Assembly (NCBI RefSeq): GCF_006345805.1
Contig: NC_043007.1
Location: 34,162,001-34,226,000 of the forward strand
Reading direction: 5' to 3'
Source of the DNA: Octopus sinensis
Taxonomy: Eukaryota
DNA: 64,000 nt
Made by a program: the position numbers and the translations under genes. How positions within the stretch are numbered: the stretch's first letter is position 1; each line of letters opens with the position of its first letter. Positions 24,320-39,356 of this stretch are shown piece by piece. The notes below the pieces were generated by a model. The model was not told the origin of the DNA. It saw only the letters and a program-made list of their open reading frames with translations, and ran no database searches.

Positions 24320-25252
24320 TATAGATAGATAATTAGATAGATAGATGATAATAGATAGAAAATGTATTTATCTATTAAGATATAAAATGGCTATAAACCT
24401 AATAAACTTACGAATAATAATCCAACCTATCAATTTACACCTTAAAATTTAATATTTAACGTTATATTAACGTTAATATTTAACGTTTATATCCATCCAT
24501 TCAATTTTCTGCTGAGGTCAATGGTTGCTCTTTAAATTTGTGTTGATTGATTTGGATCACTAAACTCGCTTCATCCACCATAAAATTCTTATATCTGGAT
24601 CAAATTACACATATTAAATAGTCATGTATTCCCCTCCTGTACTATTTCATCCTACGTCGTCGCTCAAAATGCCATAGTCATAATCGTTAAAGTTTCTAAT
24701 TTGATGATAGAGATTTTTATAAGAAAAATTATTATTTTATTTCTTAAAAAATATTGTTTAAATGTTTAAATGTATTTGCTTATTCATTTAACCTTTAACC
24801 TGAAGATTGACTATGATTATAATTCGAATTTTTAATTGAATTTAAATTATTGTAAATTGAATTCGGTTATGGCCATGAAACATACGTAGTGGTTTTACTT
24901 ATTATATTATATTAAACTTTTTAATACCTTTTTGATAGTTATTTTTAAAAAAAATTAAAAATTAAAGTTTAAAAATTTATAAATCTAAATTAAAAAAATA
25001 TAAAACAATATAAAAATTTATAAATATAAATTAAAAATTTTTAATTTTATATTTTATATATGTTGTATATTATATTAATTATATTTATCTTTATGTTTTG
25101 GTTTATATTTTTCACTGTTTGATTTGCCTAATAGTGGTTTTATCTCTAATTTAATTTATATTTATATTTATACTGTGAAATTTGATTTAATGCTAAATCT
25201 AATTTTTCCCTGTATGTTTGGATTTACTCCCTAATATTATTATATATATATG

Positions 25253-25317
<65 letters not shown>

Positions 25318-25525
25318 TTGTGACCGCGTGTGTACCGTTGGTGATTTTTTTCCTCTGTCTTCCCTTCTCTGGATCTTTCCTTCTCCTACGTTTCCGACGA
25401 AGAACTCCGCTCCAAACGTTAAACCCTCCTTCTTCCCTTCCTTCCTGGGCGTATAATAATACTATATTTGTTCCACGTCCTCGCGTTGTTGTGTTTTCTT
25501 TTTGTTTTCATGTTTGGATTAACTA
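25318..25525 (+). mobile_element. Same repeat family as 23870-24040, decayed hammerhead motif
   Basis: gtttccgacgaagaactccgctccaaacgttaaac: stem I gttt/aaac is retained and G12 reads C. Confidence 0.55.
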
Positions 25526-25533
25526 TATATATG

Positions 25534-25565
<32 letters not shown>

Positions 25566-26602
25566 CCCACACACAGATGTGTGTCTATGCGTGTGTGTTT
25601 GTGTGTGTGTGTAAGTAGGCAATAATGAAAGCATCGATTACCTTCAACACCTAACCTACTGAGGAAGTTATCCGTATCCACAAGAGCCGAGATACTCTTT
25701 CAGTGCCCACAGGGAAAATTATATAAAGATTTGGCAAAGTAGTTACGGTTTTTTCACTGAAGCCCACTTTTAAACTTTTTACCACGGCCGCACGAGAAAC
25801 CGAAATGATAGCAAATAATAAAGAGACAATTAAGTGACCAGGTGTGTTCATGACTTTCTTTTTTTTTTATAATGGATACACTGAAAGATGTCAAGAGATT
25901 AAAGTAAGATCTAGAAGGCAATTCTATCATAAAACTTGATATCCAGAAACTATCTGAAAATATCTTTAGATGATACAACAGTTCCGATTCGGGCGTATAA
26001 ACATTCAGATGTAAACGACAGTACATCACGTCCGTTTACATTGCAGAGACTATTAAATGTCTGTACTTAAATGGAAACAGTGAATGCCTTCACACGTATT
26101 AGATGTCAGTGGTGATTTCTGTGCTTAGAAAAAATCTTTCAGATTCCCCGCCATCGCCAACACCACAACCGCCACAACCACCACCACCACCATCACCACC
26201 ACCACCACATGCAGACACATAAACAAAACACTGGGCAAAGAAATGACAGAATAAAACTAAGGAAAATCAACAGCGGTTTATACAAATAAGACAGCAGACG
26301 ACACTGCGGAACAATGTAACAATCAAACGACACGTGAAGCAAATATATTGTAGCTTTTAGAATAGTTGTTATAACTTGCACCCAATAAAAATCAAAAAGT
26401 ATTACTACTACTACTACTACTACTACTACTACACGAACACACATATATATATATATATTTATAGGGTCAGACAAAGTAATCCACAGGATTAGTTCAATAC
26501 GCTCCGGGATTGTTAAAGACATGCTCCAATTTTTCTAAAATTGAATTCAAAGAACAAAATAATATCGAATACAAAAGTTCTTGTACATGACGAACAAAAT
26601 TG

Positions 26603-26698
<96 letters not shown>

Positions 26699-26706
26699 TA
26701 ATAATA

Positions 26707-27263
26707 ATGGCCCTGATGCAGTACCAGACAGTGGCTCTCACGGCTCCTGATCCTAACTGATTGGAAGTGTTATCATGTACATTGTTTTGTCTTGGTCTAA
26801 AAGATGGGTCACAGCAAATATTCTGCTCAATACCACAGATTTGCCTGTCAGTTGTTTGTCCTTAACCAGTTTATCATGTCCCTTAGTGGCTGATAATATG
26901 TGCATCTCTGATCACGAGCAGAAGTAGTGGGGGAGCATCATAGTCATGTGTTGAGAAGTGTTCTTTGGAGTTTGAATAATTCACCTCTGGAAACACGTGT
27001 GTTTCGTTCAACATCCTTAAATAATCCTTATTTAGGGACCTTTTGAGCGGGATAGGTTACTCGACTAGAAGAAAATTCTAACTGGGCCCCACCTGCACGG
27101 TCATGCGCTGTTTATCTTGATATGAGATCACCATGTCGTGCACAGATGGTTGTGATGCATGTGCCTAGTGTACCCTTATCAGACGGGTAGTCATGATGGG
27201 TATACTGGGCTTCGTATATTTTATCCCAGTGTCACTTTGATGGCATGCACTGCTCTCTCACTC
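26707..27263. mobile_element. ~550-bp interspersed repeat embedded in (AAT)n, copy 1
   Basis: Homologous copies at 38995-39208, 39395-39948, 40713-41175 and ~51795-52316; constant end ...gcactgctctctcactc-aataat. Confidence 0.9.
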
Positions 27264-27393
27264 AATAATAATAATAATATAATAATAATGATAATAATAA
27301 TGATGATGATGAGATGATGATGATGATAATAATAATAATAATAATAATAATATAATAATAATAATATAATAATAATGATAATAGATAATAATA

Positions 27394-27438
<45 letters not shown>

Positions 27439-27445
27439 TAATATG

Positions 27446-27481
<36 letters not shown>

Positions 27482-27796
27482 TAATAATATAATAATAATA
27501 ATGATATAATAATAATGATGATGATGATGATGATGATTATAATAGCTTCATAATTTATGTACCAGGTCAGCAATTTTTGAGTGGAATATCTGACTTTAGT
27601 ACTTTTGTCCTCCATAAGATTTTTGCTAAGTAAAGTGTCGGAAGAAACACCAGAAAACATTTTTATTCTGAAGCCCCGTCGCAGCCGTACTTGCGTCAAT
27701 GAATTATGAGAACAGAGGTGATTCAAACACATTGCTATCTCGAAGAAGCAAAGCTAATATTAGAATATATTTCGCTCGTTCCACGCCGTTTCTACT

Positions 27797-27896
27797 NNNN
27801 NNNNNNNNNNNNNNNNNNNNNNNNNNNNNNNNNNNNNNNNNNNNNNNNNNNNNNNNNNNNNNNNNNNNNNNNNNNNNNNNNNNNNNNNNNNNNNNN
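27797..27896. other. Assembly gap (100 N)
   Basis: Direct reading. Confidence 1.
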
Positions 27897-28642
27897 AACT
27901 GAAAGAAGCCCGTCGTATATATGTATATATATATGCGTGGTGTGTTTGTGTGTCTGTGTTTGTGCCCCTAGCATTGCTTGACAACCGATGCTGGTGTGTT
28001 TATATCCCCGTTACTTAGCGGTTCGGCAAAAAGAGACCGATAGAATAAGTACTGGGCATAGAAAAAGAATAAGTACCGGGGTCGAGTTGCTCGATTAAAG
28101 GCGGTGCTTCAGCATGGCCGCAGTCAAATGACTGAAACAAGTAAAAGAGTAAAAGAATAAAGAGTATATATACATCACTGTGACCGACCAGGCTATCAGA
28201 TGTTGTTACACATCGTTGGTCACAATACGCTACACTTTTACTTGTTTTACATGCTGGAGCACCGCCTTTAGTCGAGCAAATCGACCCCAGGACTTATTCT
28301 TTGTAAGCCTAGTACTTATTGTATCGGTCTCTTTGCCGAAGCGCTAAATTACAGGGACGTAAACACACCACGATCGGTCGTCAAGCGATGTTGGGGGTAC
28401 AAACACAGACGCACAAACACACATATACACATATATATATATATATATATATATTGTATTATATACGTATACATATATACGACGGGCTTCTTTCAGTTTC
28501 CGTCTACCAAATCCACTCACAAGCTTTGGTCGGCCCGAGGCTGTAGTAGAAGACACTTGCCAAGGTGCCACGGAGTGGGACTGAACCGGGAACCATGTGG
28601 TTGGTAAGCAAGCTACTCACCACACAGCCACATCTGCGCCTA
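27897..28642. mobile_element. SINE B (+, 27897-28165), SINE C tail b fragment (-, ~28175-28230), SINE B (-, ~28240-28642)
   Basis: Family motifs. Confidence 0.85.
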
Positions 28643-29548
28643 TGCTATTAACTTTTATTCTGTCCTACCCTGTAAGAAATTTCACATGTTCAAGCCGGTT
28701 ACTAATAAAGTGTCCAGGCATTTTTGTTTAAGCCAAGTGAGCTCCGAATCTTCGTAGGTTTACGAATTGGTTACTGTGGGCATATATGTATATATGTGCG
28801 TATCAATAAATTTGAAGTTATGTAATGAACGTGCAAATCACGTAGAACACAAGTGTATCAACTTCATTACTCTTAACGTGTGTGTCTCTGTCTGAGCATT
28901 CCATATGTATGAAATTGCATACGTTCCGTCGAGAAAAATCAAATGGAGAATCCTTGAACATTAGCTTGTATATTTGTCTGTGTATATACATAGTTTGATC
29001 CAGCCGATAATTAATAGTGGCCGCGTAATAATGTTGTGGTGATAGAGATTAACATCCATGTGTGATTAAAAGGTGAATTCGTCGAACCTTTATAACGAGT
29101 AACGGTGTCTCGTTGAGACAAGAAGAAGGCGTTGGAGTCTCGCGTGTTGGTAGACGGACGTTACGTCTATGAATACATTGCTTTACCACCACTTCGTTAC
29201 AATCATATATCTGCAATCAAGGAAATCATAAATAAGCAACAACAACAACAACAACAAGAACAGTAGCTGTAAAATCAAAATACTGAAAAGTTGAAACGCG
29301 CTTGTAATCGCAATGTAAGAGACCGAGAAAAATGTTTGAACGCATCGTAATCGATGATATAACTAGAACAGAAATATTGATAACAGCAACCGACAACCAC
29401 ATCATAAATCGTAGTAAACAACACAGTTTAATTAAACTGATGCTATTAGAGTGATTAGATCATCATTTCAGAGGCAAGAAATAAATCTGAATAAAAAAGA
29501 ATGAAAATTGTGTCTGCTAATATATATATATATATATAATATATATAT

Positions 29549-29579
<31 letters not shown>

Positions 29580-32541
29580 CAAAACAGAAGGAATAGATAA
29601 CGAAAACGAAGTCTGGTGGTTATCTGTGAACATCATGTTTCTGGATTATAAACATATTGAATATATATTCCATATATATTTTTGATATATATTTCATATA
29701 CATTGCATATATATTTCACTCCTTCTTCAGCACAGCTTTCCATTGAAAAAGATTTATCATAGATTTATCAAATGCTACGTACCTCAAACCTTCTGACCAT
29801 GCGACATCAAAATATTTGAAGAAAGTGAGCAAAAGCTAAACCTACATAGACGTTTGAATTCGTAAATCTTCCCCTCCAAAATTTGGCCATGCGCACTACA
29901 AAAATAGTTCCATAAGATGGGGAACTATTAGGTTGTCATAAGGGAGTGAAAAATCCAAATAGTAATATAATAATAAGAGTAAATAATTTCTATAAAGGCT
30001 TTTAAAAAAACCCCAATTATTTACTGGTAGAATTCGGTATGTAAATATAGCCGATTACCGGCAGGAACTTCTGTAAGTTCAGTATATATATTGTATATAT
30101 AAGAAAAAGGGACAGGCAAACAGGTTGCTTGACCGCATACCGAAAAATAGAATAGCAGTCAAGAATGCTTATTTCTATCAAAGTTGGACTCCGGGCTGAC
30201 AAACCCTGTAATTCACATATGCAAAACAGAAGGAATAGATAACGAAAACGAAGTCTGGTGGTTATCTGTGAACATCATGTTTCTGGATTATAAACATATT
30301 GAATATATATTCCATATATATTTTTGATATATTCATATACATTGCATATATATTTCACACATCTTCTTCAGCATAGCTTTCCATTGAAAAAGATTTATCA
30401 TAGATTTATCAAATGCTACGTACCTCAAACCTTCTGACCATGCGACATCAAAATATTTGAAGAAAGTGAGCAAAAGCTAAACCTACATAGACGTTTGAAT
30501 TCGTAAATCTTCCCTCCAAAATTTTGCCATGCGCACTACAAAAATAGTTCCATAAGATGGGGAACTATTAGGTTGTCATAAGGGAGTGAAAAATCCAAAT
30601 AGTAATATAATAATAAGAGTAATTAATTTCTATAAAGGCTTTTAAAAAAACCCCAATTATTTACTGGTAGAATTCGGTATGTAAATATAGCCGATTACCG
30701 GCAGGAACTTCTGTAAAGTTCAGTATTCAAACGTCTATGTAGGTTTAGCTTTTGCTCACTTTCTTCAAATATTTTGATGTCGCATGGTCAGAAGGTTTGA
30801 GGTACGTAGCATTTGATAAATCTATGATAAATCTTTTTCAATGGAAAGCTGTGCTGAAGAAGGATGTGAAATATATATGCAATGTATATGAAATATATAT
30901 CAAAAATATATATGGAATATATATTCAATATGTTTATAATCCAGAAACATGATGTTCACAGATAACCACCAGACTTCGTTTTCGTTATCTATTCCTTCTG
31001 TTTTGCATATGTGAATTACAGGGTTTGTCATGGCCGGAGTCCAACTTTGATAGAAATAAGATTCTTGACTGATATTCTCTTTTCTATTTTTTCGGTATGC
31101 GGTCAAGCAACCTGTTTGCCTGTCCCTTTTTCTTATATACAATATATATACTGAACTTTACAGAAGTTCCTGCCGGTAATCGGCTATATTTACATTACAT
31201 ACCGAATTCTACCAGTAAATAATTGGGGTTTTTTTAAAAGCCTTTATAGAATTATTTACTCTTATTATTATATTACTATTTGGATTTTTCACTCCCTTAT
31301 GACAACCTAATAGTTCCCCATCTTATGGAACTATTTTTGTAGTGCGCATGGCAAAATTTTGGAGGGAGATTTACGAATTCAAACGTCTATGTAGGTTTAG
31401 CTTTTGCTCACTTTCTTCAAATATTTTGATGTCGCATGGTCAGAAGGTTTGAGGTACGTAGCATTTGATAAATCTATGATAAATCTTTTTCAATGGAAAG
31501 CTGTGCTGAAGAAGGATGTGAAATATATATGCAATGTATATGAAATATATATCAAAAATATATATGGAATATGTATTCAATATGTTTATAATCCAGAAAC
31601 ATGATGTTCACAGATAACCACCAGACTTCGTTTTCGTTATCTATTCCTTCTGTTTTGCATATGTGAATTACAGGGTTTGTCATGCCCGGAGTCCAACTTT
31701 GATAGAAATAAGCATTCTTGACTGCTATTTCTATTTTTTCGGTATGCGGTCAAGCAACCTGTTTGCCTGTCCCTTTTTCTTATATACAATATATATACTG
31801 AACTTTACAGAAGTTCCTGCCGGTAATCGGCTATATTTACATACCGAATTCTACCAGTAAATAATTGGGGTTTTTTTAAAAGCCTTTGTAGAAATTATTT
31901 ACTCTTATTATTATATTACTATTTGGATTTTTCACTCCCTTATGACACCTATATAGTTCCCCATCTTATGGAACTATTTTTGTAGTGCGCATGGCAAAAT
32001 TTTGGAGGGAAGATTTACGAATTCAAACGTCTATGTAGGTTTAGCTTTTGCTCACTTTCTTCAATATTTTGATGTCGCATGGTCAGAAGGTTTGGAGGTA
32101 CGTAGCATTTGATAAATCTTTTTCAATGGAAAGCTGTGCTGAAGAAGGATGTGAAATATATATTGCAATGTATATGAAATATATATCAAAAATATATATG
32201 GAATATATATTCAATATGTTTATAATCCAGAAACATGATGTTCCAGATAACCACCAGACTCGTTTTCGTTATCTATTCCTTCTGTTTTGCATATGTGAAT
32301 TACAAGGTTTTGTCATGCCCGGAGTCCAACTTTGATAGAAATAAGCATTCTTGACTGCTATTTCTATTTTTTCGGTATGCGGTCAAGCAACCTGTTTGCC
32401 TGTCCCTTTTTCTTATATACAATATATATACTGAACTTTACAGAAGTTCCTGCCGTAATCGGCTATATTTACATACCGAATTCTACCAGTAAATTTGGGG
32501 TTTTTTTAAAAGCCTTTATAGAAATTATTTACTCTTATTAT

Positions 32542-32545
<4 letters not shown>
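29580..32545. repeat. ~645-bp tandem array with internal inversion at ~30726/30727
   Basis: Reverse-orientation units start at 29580 and 30222 (period 642). Forward units start at 30727, 31379 and 32023 (periods 652 and 644). (TA)n at both ends. Confidence 0.95.
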
Positions 32546-32580
<35 letters not shown>

Positions 32581-32738
32581 AAACAATGAGGAACGGCTAC
32601 AATAGGCCGTTCCTCAATTGTTGTTGAATTTATTCATAGTCTTTGACTATTTCCTCTTTCTCACTAGACCGCTGGTGGCAAAATAATTTCTATTGAATTT
32701 TTTGCCACCCTAAATTGATTAATATATATATATATACG

Positions 32739-32769
<31 letters not shown>

Positions 32770-32963
32770 GCATGTATGTATATCTGTGTGTTTGTATATG
32801 GCATAATAAGTATTTCATGAATATTCGAGAGAACGTGAAATCATTATTTTTTGAAACATTGGCACTCGAGATAAAAATTAGAAGCATACAAATATCGGGT
32901 TTAAAAAACCCTCTTTGATAGACAGACAGACAAACAGGCAGGCAGACAGACATACAGGCAGAC

Positions 32964-33049
<86 letters not shown>

Positions 33050-33128
33050 GCGTATATAAGTAACTCTATTAATAGATATACGTATACAAATTTACATATT
33101 AATAAATATTTATACATACATATAAAAA

Positions 33129-33194
<66 letters not shown>

Positions 33195-33288
33195 ATATAA
33201 TTGTATATATATGTATATACATGTGTAGATATGTTTATGAATATACATACACATATACACATATATACATATACACACACACGGATAT

Positions 33289-33354
<66 letters not shown>

Positions 33355-34582
33355 TGATAGACAGACAGACAGATAGATAGATAGATATTATATGACAAAA
33401 TAACGGGGTAAAATAATAGAAAAATTGTGTAACATCATAGAACTTTTCATTAAACATACAACGAAGGTTTGTATATGAATACACACACATCTGTATACAT
33501 ACATATATAATCATAAATGCACATACATACACACATACATACATGCATTATATGACGAGCTACTGGGGTAAGAAGGTTAATGGAAAAACAGTTTAGCGCC
33601 GTCATGGAATTTTTTCATTAAATATTAACGAATACATTTAATTAGAAAATTTAATGCTTTACCCATCCGTTCAGCAATTTGCTCCCGTTATAAACGCTGG
33701 TCTTTAGACATTCTGTCTTCTCACTCTCCCGCCCTTTCTGCTCTCCCCTTCTCTTCATTTACCTCGATCCCCTCTATCTCTTCCATTTTGTCTGTCTTTC
33801 TCCATATTCTGTCGCTGTCACACTCGACGTTCTCTGCTCCACTGGCGTATTTAATTACACACCGTATTGAACATGTTCGATCTGACACACATGCCCCGTC
33901 AGTTCTCGTCAACCCTTTATTGCTACACTAACCAATTTATACAACAACCCATCCCCCCCCCCCATGAAAGCAACGACACCGCCCAACACACGTTTTTCAC
34001 TCCAGATATCGACGTGGATGCAGAAAATGAATATAATAAAACATCGATCATGACACACATGGAGAATCCGTGAAACGTCTGGTATGATACTTCACATTTA
34101 TTGAGTGAACCTTATTAATGTGTAATGTTTGTGTGTATATGTGTGTGCGTATTTGTGTGCAATATATAACATACACACAAACACTGACAAACACACATAA
34201 ACACACATATACATATATATATGTGTCTATGTGTGTGTGTTTGATGTAGACATTTTAATGAGTTTTCAATTAGAATCGAAATAGATTAAGACTGTTCATC
34301 ATTTTTTTCAATACACGCAGAAATAAGGAACGTTGAGTTGTCTGTGTATACATATGTATATATTTGTGTTAATACTAAAAATGGGAAAGAAATCGACCTG
34401 GAAGTGGCCCTAAAGTGCTTATGTTCACACCACACTCACCAACATCATCATCATCATCATTATCATCATATATATATATGTATGTATACAGACATACATA
34501 CATATACATATATATACATATATATAGATACATATACATACATATACATATATACATATACATACATATACATACATATACA

Positions 34583-35055
34583 AAAATCAATAAAATCCCC
34601 GTTTTCACAGCAAAGCAACCAGTGTAGCACCCCCAAAACATTTCCCAATCAAATTTTTCACCCCAAGTTAACCTTCCTGTAAATTTTAACCCCCTTCCAG
34701 CTCCATTTAGACCACTTTTTACATAAAAGTCCAATTTTCATCAACGTTCGCTTTCTTCATTTCATAGATTAGATTACAAATCCGCTTCCACTTTACCATG
34801 TTGAAAATTTGATTGAAATCGGGAAAAAGGTGTCACCCCCAAGTTTTCCCCAAAATCAATAAAACCCTCGTTTTCGCAGCAAAGCAACCACTGTAGTGCC
34901 ACAAAATGTCTCCCAATCAATTTCTCACCTCAAGTTACCCCCTTCTGTAAGTTTTAATCCTCTTCCAGCTCCATTTAGACCCCTTTTTACATAAAAATCC
35001 AATTTGCATCAACGTTCGCCTTCTTCATTTTATAGATTAGATATTAGATGCTAAT
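34583..35055. repeat. Diverged ~270-bp tandem dimer
   Basis: aaaatcaataaaa..cagcaaagcaacc...cttccagctccatttagacc...catcaacgttcgc occurs twice. Confidence 0.8.
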
Positions 35056-35159
35056 CGCGCCATTCTGGAGGCGCTTAGAGCCCCCTTGAATCGATAAAAA
35101 ATCACTCATCTCACCAAGCAACTGCATCTTTCCAGGTAGTGAATTTTAACCTACTCAAC

Positions 35160-35430
35160 TCTGCCTCATCACGCCTTTTGTGGCTGTATCAATTTTCAGC
35201 TTGATCCGACCACTGGTCTGGCCGCCGACCTCTGACGTAGCAAAATGTGCCACGAGGCTCCGGCAGCGTGGTTGGTGGCGATCACCTCTGTACTCTTTCG
35301 CCACAATTTTCTTTCACTCTTTCTTCTGTTGGCCTGCTCGTTTAGCCAGCGGGGTGGCGTCAATTGAAGGCTAGAACAATGCGAAGCGCATTGTGGTCAG
35401 CGATGGTCGGTCACGGGGATCACGGTGATA
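35160..35430 (+). mobile_element. SINE family C 3' part, tail b
   Basis: ccacgaggctccggc...ggcctgctcgtttagccagcggggtggcgtc...tggtcggtcacg. Confidence 0.75.
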
Positions 35431-35561
35431 TGTATATATATATATATATATATGTTTGTGTGTGTGTGTGTGTGTGTATTTATACATAAATTGATATACA
35501 TAATACACAGACATACACACTCACATACCCACATACATACATACTCACACATGCTCATATA

Positions 35562-35915
<354 letters not shown>

Positions 35916-37047
35916 TACCTGACGAAAGAGCGGAGCTTATTTCAGCCTCAATTCATAAAGCTTTGCCCCAAGCATTTTCCCCTTTTCTTATGATTCATTT
36001 TACCTTCGTTTAACTCACAAACTCATTTTCTTTCGTCCATACTGATCCAAGTCATTCAATATTTTTCCCTTTCCTCTTCATCTATTCATAAGTCTCTGCA
36101 ACTTCCTCTCAATCAAAATCGGCTACTTACCTTCATTTACCAACATTTTTATCATTATATATCTTTTGATCGCATACACAAATTTCTTTCCGGGCTCCTT
36201 TCTTTCACGCGTTTTTCTTCTTTTTTCTCTCCCTCTCTCTCTTGTCTTTAATATTCCCTCCATAATTCTATTCGTTACCATTTCAAACTTTTCCAATGCA
36301 GCGGAAAACCATTATTACGTTATTTAACGTTTCCTCTCCTAAGAATGTGAGATGTCATTTGAAGGAGATTTAGTGCTAATTCGCTAAATTACGCAATCTA
36401 CCCAGAATCTAGCGGCGTGATGATTTTCATATTGTTAAGTACTAACTCCATGTCAGCTCTTACTGCGCAGATTTATCCTGAAATACGTTTTCTTTATCAT
36501 CATTCAGCCGCAAGGATGGTCGTGTGGTGAAAACGCTCGCTTTGCAACCATGTGGTTTCGGGTTCCATCTCACTGCGCAGTATCTTAGACCAATTCCTAG
36601 TGGGTAAATTCGATAGGAGGAAACCCTGTGGCAGTTCGTCGAGTACATGCTTCCGTGTTTGTGTCTTTGTACGCCGTCAATCGCTTGTACCCCGTCTATC
36701 TATTTATATCTCCATGACTTAGTGGTTTGCTAAAAGAGATCGATACAATATGTTGCATATTTTCAAGTAAGTAAATATGTACTGTGGATGATGTATTTGA
36801 CTAAAACCTTTCAACACGATGCCTCCAACGTGTCTGCAGTTCATTGATTCAAACAACAAGAAAGAATAAGAATCCATCTTTTCCCTAGTAAATGGTACTC
36901 CCAAGACTTTATCATCTCATCTTCCCTATTGATTTCTAAATCAATAGGTTTTGATTTGAGAGCAATTTGACCATCATTTCAAGCATCTACAGCAACCACG
37001 TTGAGATTCCTTCGGCTCAAGGTTGCACATTGTCAAAGACTCTAGGG

Positions 37048-37465
37048 TAGTGATGCTCAACTGGGATACCGGGGTCTACATGACTCCTGGAGGTTCATAT
37101 ATAAGATGGAGTGGTGGGGGACACACAAGCATGACAGTAAATTGGGTGCACTATAGTATTTTATGGGTTCGTATAAAAATTTGCTCAGTTACATTATCCC
37201 TAGAAGCAATTAGGTTTCTTTCTCTAACATTTTACATAGGTCAACCTACACGCGTTAAAGTGTGAAAAACAAAACATCAATTTTGAAAGAAGTTTCTATA
37301 AAACTAATTTTTAAAACTAATTAGTTCTATAAAACTTATTTTTAATCAAACGGAAATAAATAAATAAATATATATATATGTTTGTGTGTGTGTGTGTATT
37401 AATACATAAATATATATACATAATACACAGATATACACACTCACATAACACCATGTGTTGAGAGG

Positions 37466-37554
<89 letters not shown>

Positions 37555-37652
37555 AAATTGATGTTTTGTTTTTCACACTTTAACGCGTGTAGGTTCATTA
37601 GAATAAAATAGTAATCACGGGGTCCATGGGTAAAAAATGGTTGACAACAACA
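37048..37652. mobile_element. Possible decayed hAT-type MITE with an internal 42-bp perfect inverted repeat
   Basis: Ends tagtgatgctcaac / ggttgacaacaac with ggggtc subterminal motifs (weak). 37243-37284 is the exact reverse complement of 37554-37595. Confidence 0.45.
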
Positions 37653-38888
37653 TCTTCAGAACGTATGACAAGATATCTTGCTGCATTTGTTTAAGCCGTC
37701 TTTGCTCTGAGTTTGAAATCTCCCCAAAGTTAACTCTACTTCTCATCATCTGAAGATCGCTTAAACACCAGTCTAATGAGGGTGATCGTGCCAATCGTTA
37801 GAGACTATTGAAGTAGCTAAATGAGATAATTTGCCAAATTTGTTCCAACTCTTTTTGGTTAGAATACTAGTGCCATATACCCAATCCGTCTGCGGGTCCA
37901 CTACCTAAATCTTGGATGCATTTTAACGGGATCACGATGTTCAAATCATCTAGGCCCGGTAACCAGTTGGAAAATCCCTTCCTGCTTTTAATCTTAAGAC
38001 AGGCTCCTCCTCTCCTTGACTAAAAATGTAAATTAACCACATATGGTATTAAAATCTTGGAATGATGTTAAATCCACGTGATAGTATATTTTCTTGCTTC
38101 GTTCTAACCGATTCTAGAATGAACTCAGTGACTTAATTTCTACAATAAATGTTTATATTTCAAGAATTCTATATATTTATATATAGTTTTAATTATTTAA
38201 TGGTTCAATAATATTCAATATTTTCATTTCATTAAATAATTTTTTCTCCTCATTAACGGAGTAAAAATTGAAATGGTGAATACGAAATTATTTATTTCCC
38301 AATTTACCTTGTTTGTTTGTTTGTGTGTGTGTGTATTTGCATTATGCGTGCGTGTGTGAGAGCGTGTGAGTACGTGTATGAGTGTGTATATGTGTATAGG
38401 TGTATATGTGTGCGTGCAGGTGTTTGTGTGTCTTTTCCATTTCTTAGATATTTTCAATTTTTTAGAATTCACTTTTATTTATTTTCTTCTCTTACTTTCC
38501 TTATTTATTTATTTTTCCTGTGAAAATTGAAAAGTCAATTTTTATGGAGTTTTCTATAGTAAAAAATAAAATATTACAGTCAAGAATTATCAACTAAAAG
38601 TTTTGAAAATGAAATTAACAAAAGAAAAAAATTATTAATAAATCAATAAAATTAAGAATAAACTTTAACAGAAAATAAATGAATAAATAAATAACTCAAC
38701 ACTAATTCAATTTATGTGTAAACATGCGACAGAGATAATATGTTTAGTTAAGAATGATCTCTGAGCGCTGAGAATATGTCAACCGATTTATTTTCCCCTG
38801 GCACAGTTTGGAAATGAGACTGTTGCTAAAAACAGGTGAAAATACTTTGATCGGCCCGACCCAGAACCCTTCCACATACACACACTAC

Positions 38889-38889
<1 letters not shown>

Positions 38890-38950
<61 letters not shown>

Positions 38951-39296
38951 TAATAATAACAATAATAATTGTAATAATAATAGTAATGATAATAGGATGG
39001 GCTACTCAACCTGAAGAAAATTCTAACTGGGCCCCACCTGCATGGTCACGTGCTGTTTATCTTGATATGAGATCACCATGTCGCGCACATATGGTTGTGA
39101 TGCATGTGCCTGGTGTACCTTTATAAGACGGGTAGTCATGATGGGTATATTGGGCTTCGTATATTTTACCCCAGTGTCACTTTGATGGCATGAACTGCTC
39201 TCTCACTCAGTAATAATAATAATAATAATAATAATAGTAATAGTAATAACAATCATAATAATAATAATAATAATAATAGTAATAGTAATAACAATC

Positions 39297-39356
<60 letters not shown>

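Noticed and set aside
24380-25200. Extremely AT-rich stretch as a mitochondrial insertion
   Set aside because: No recognisable mitochondrial protein, rRNA or tRNA motif. It contains only a doubtful decayed gaaacatacgta half-motif.
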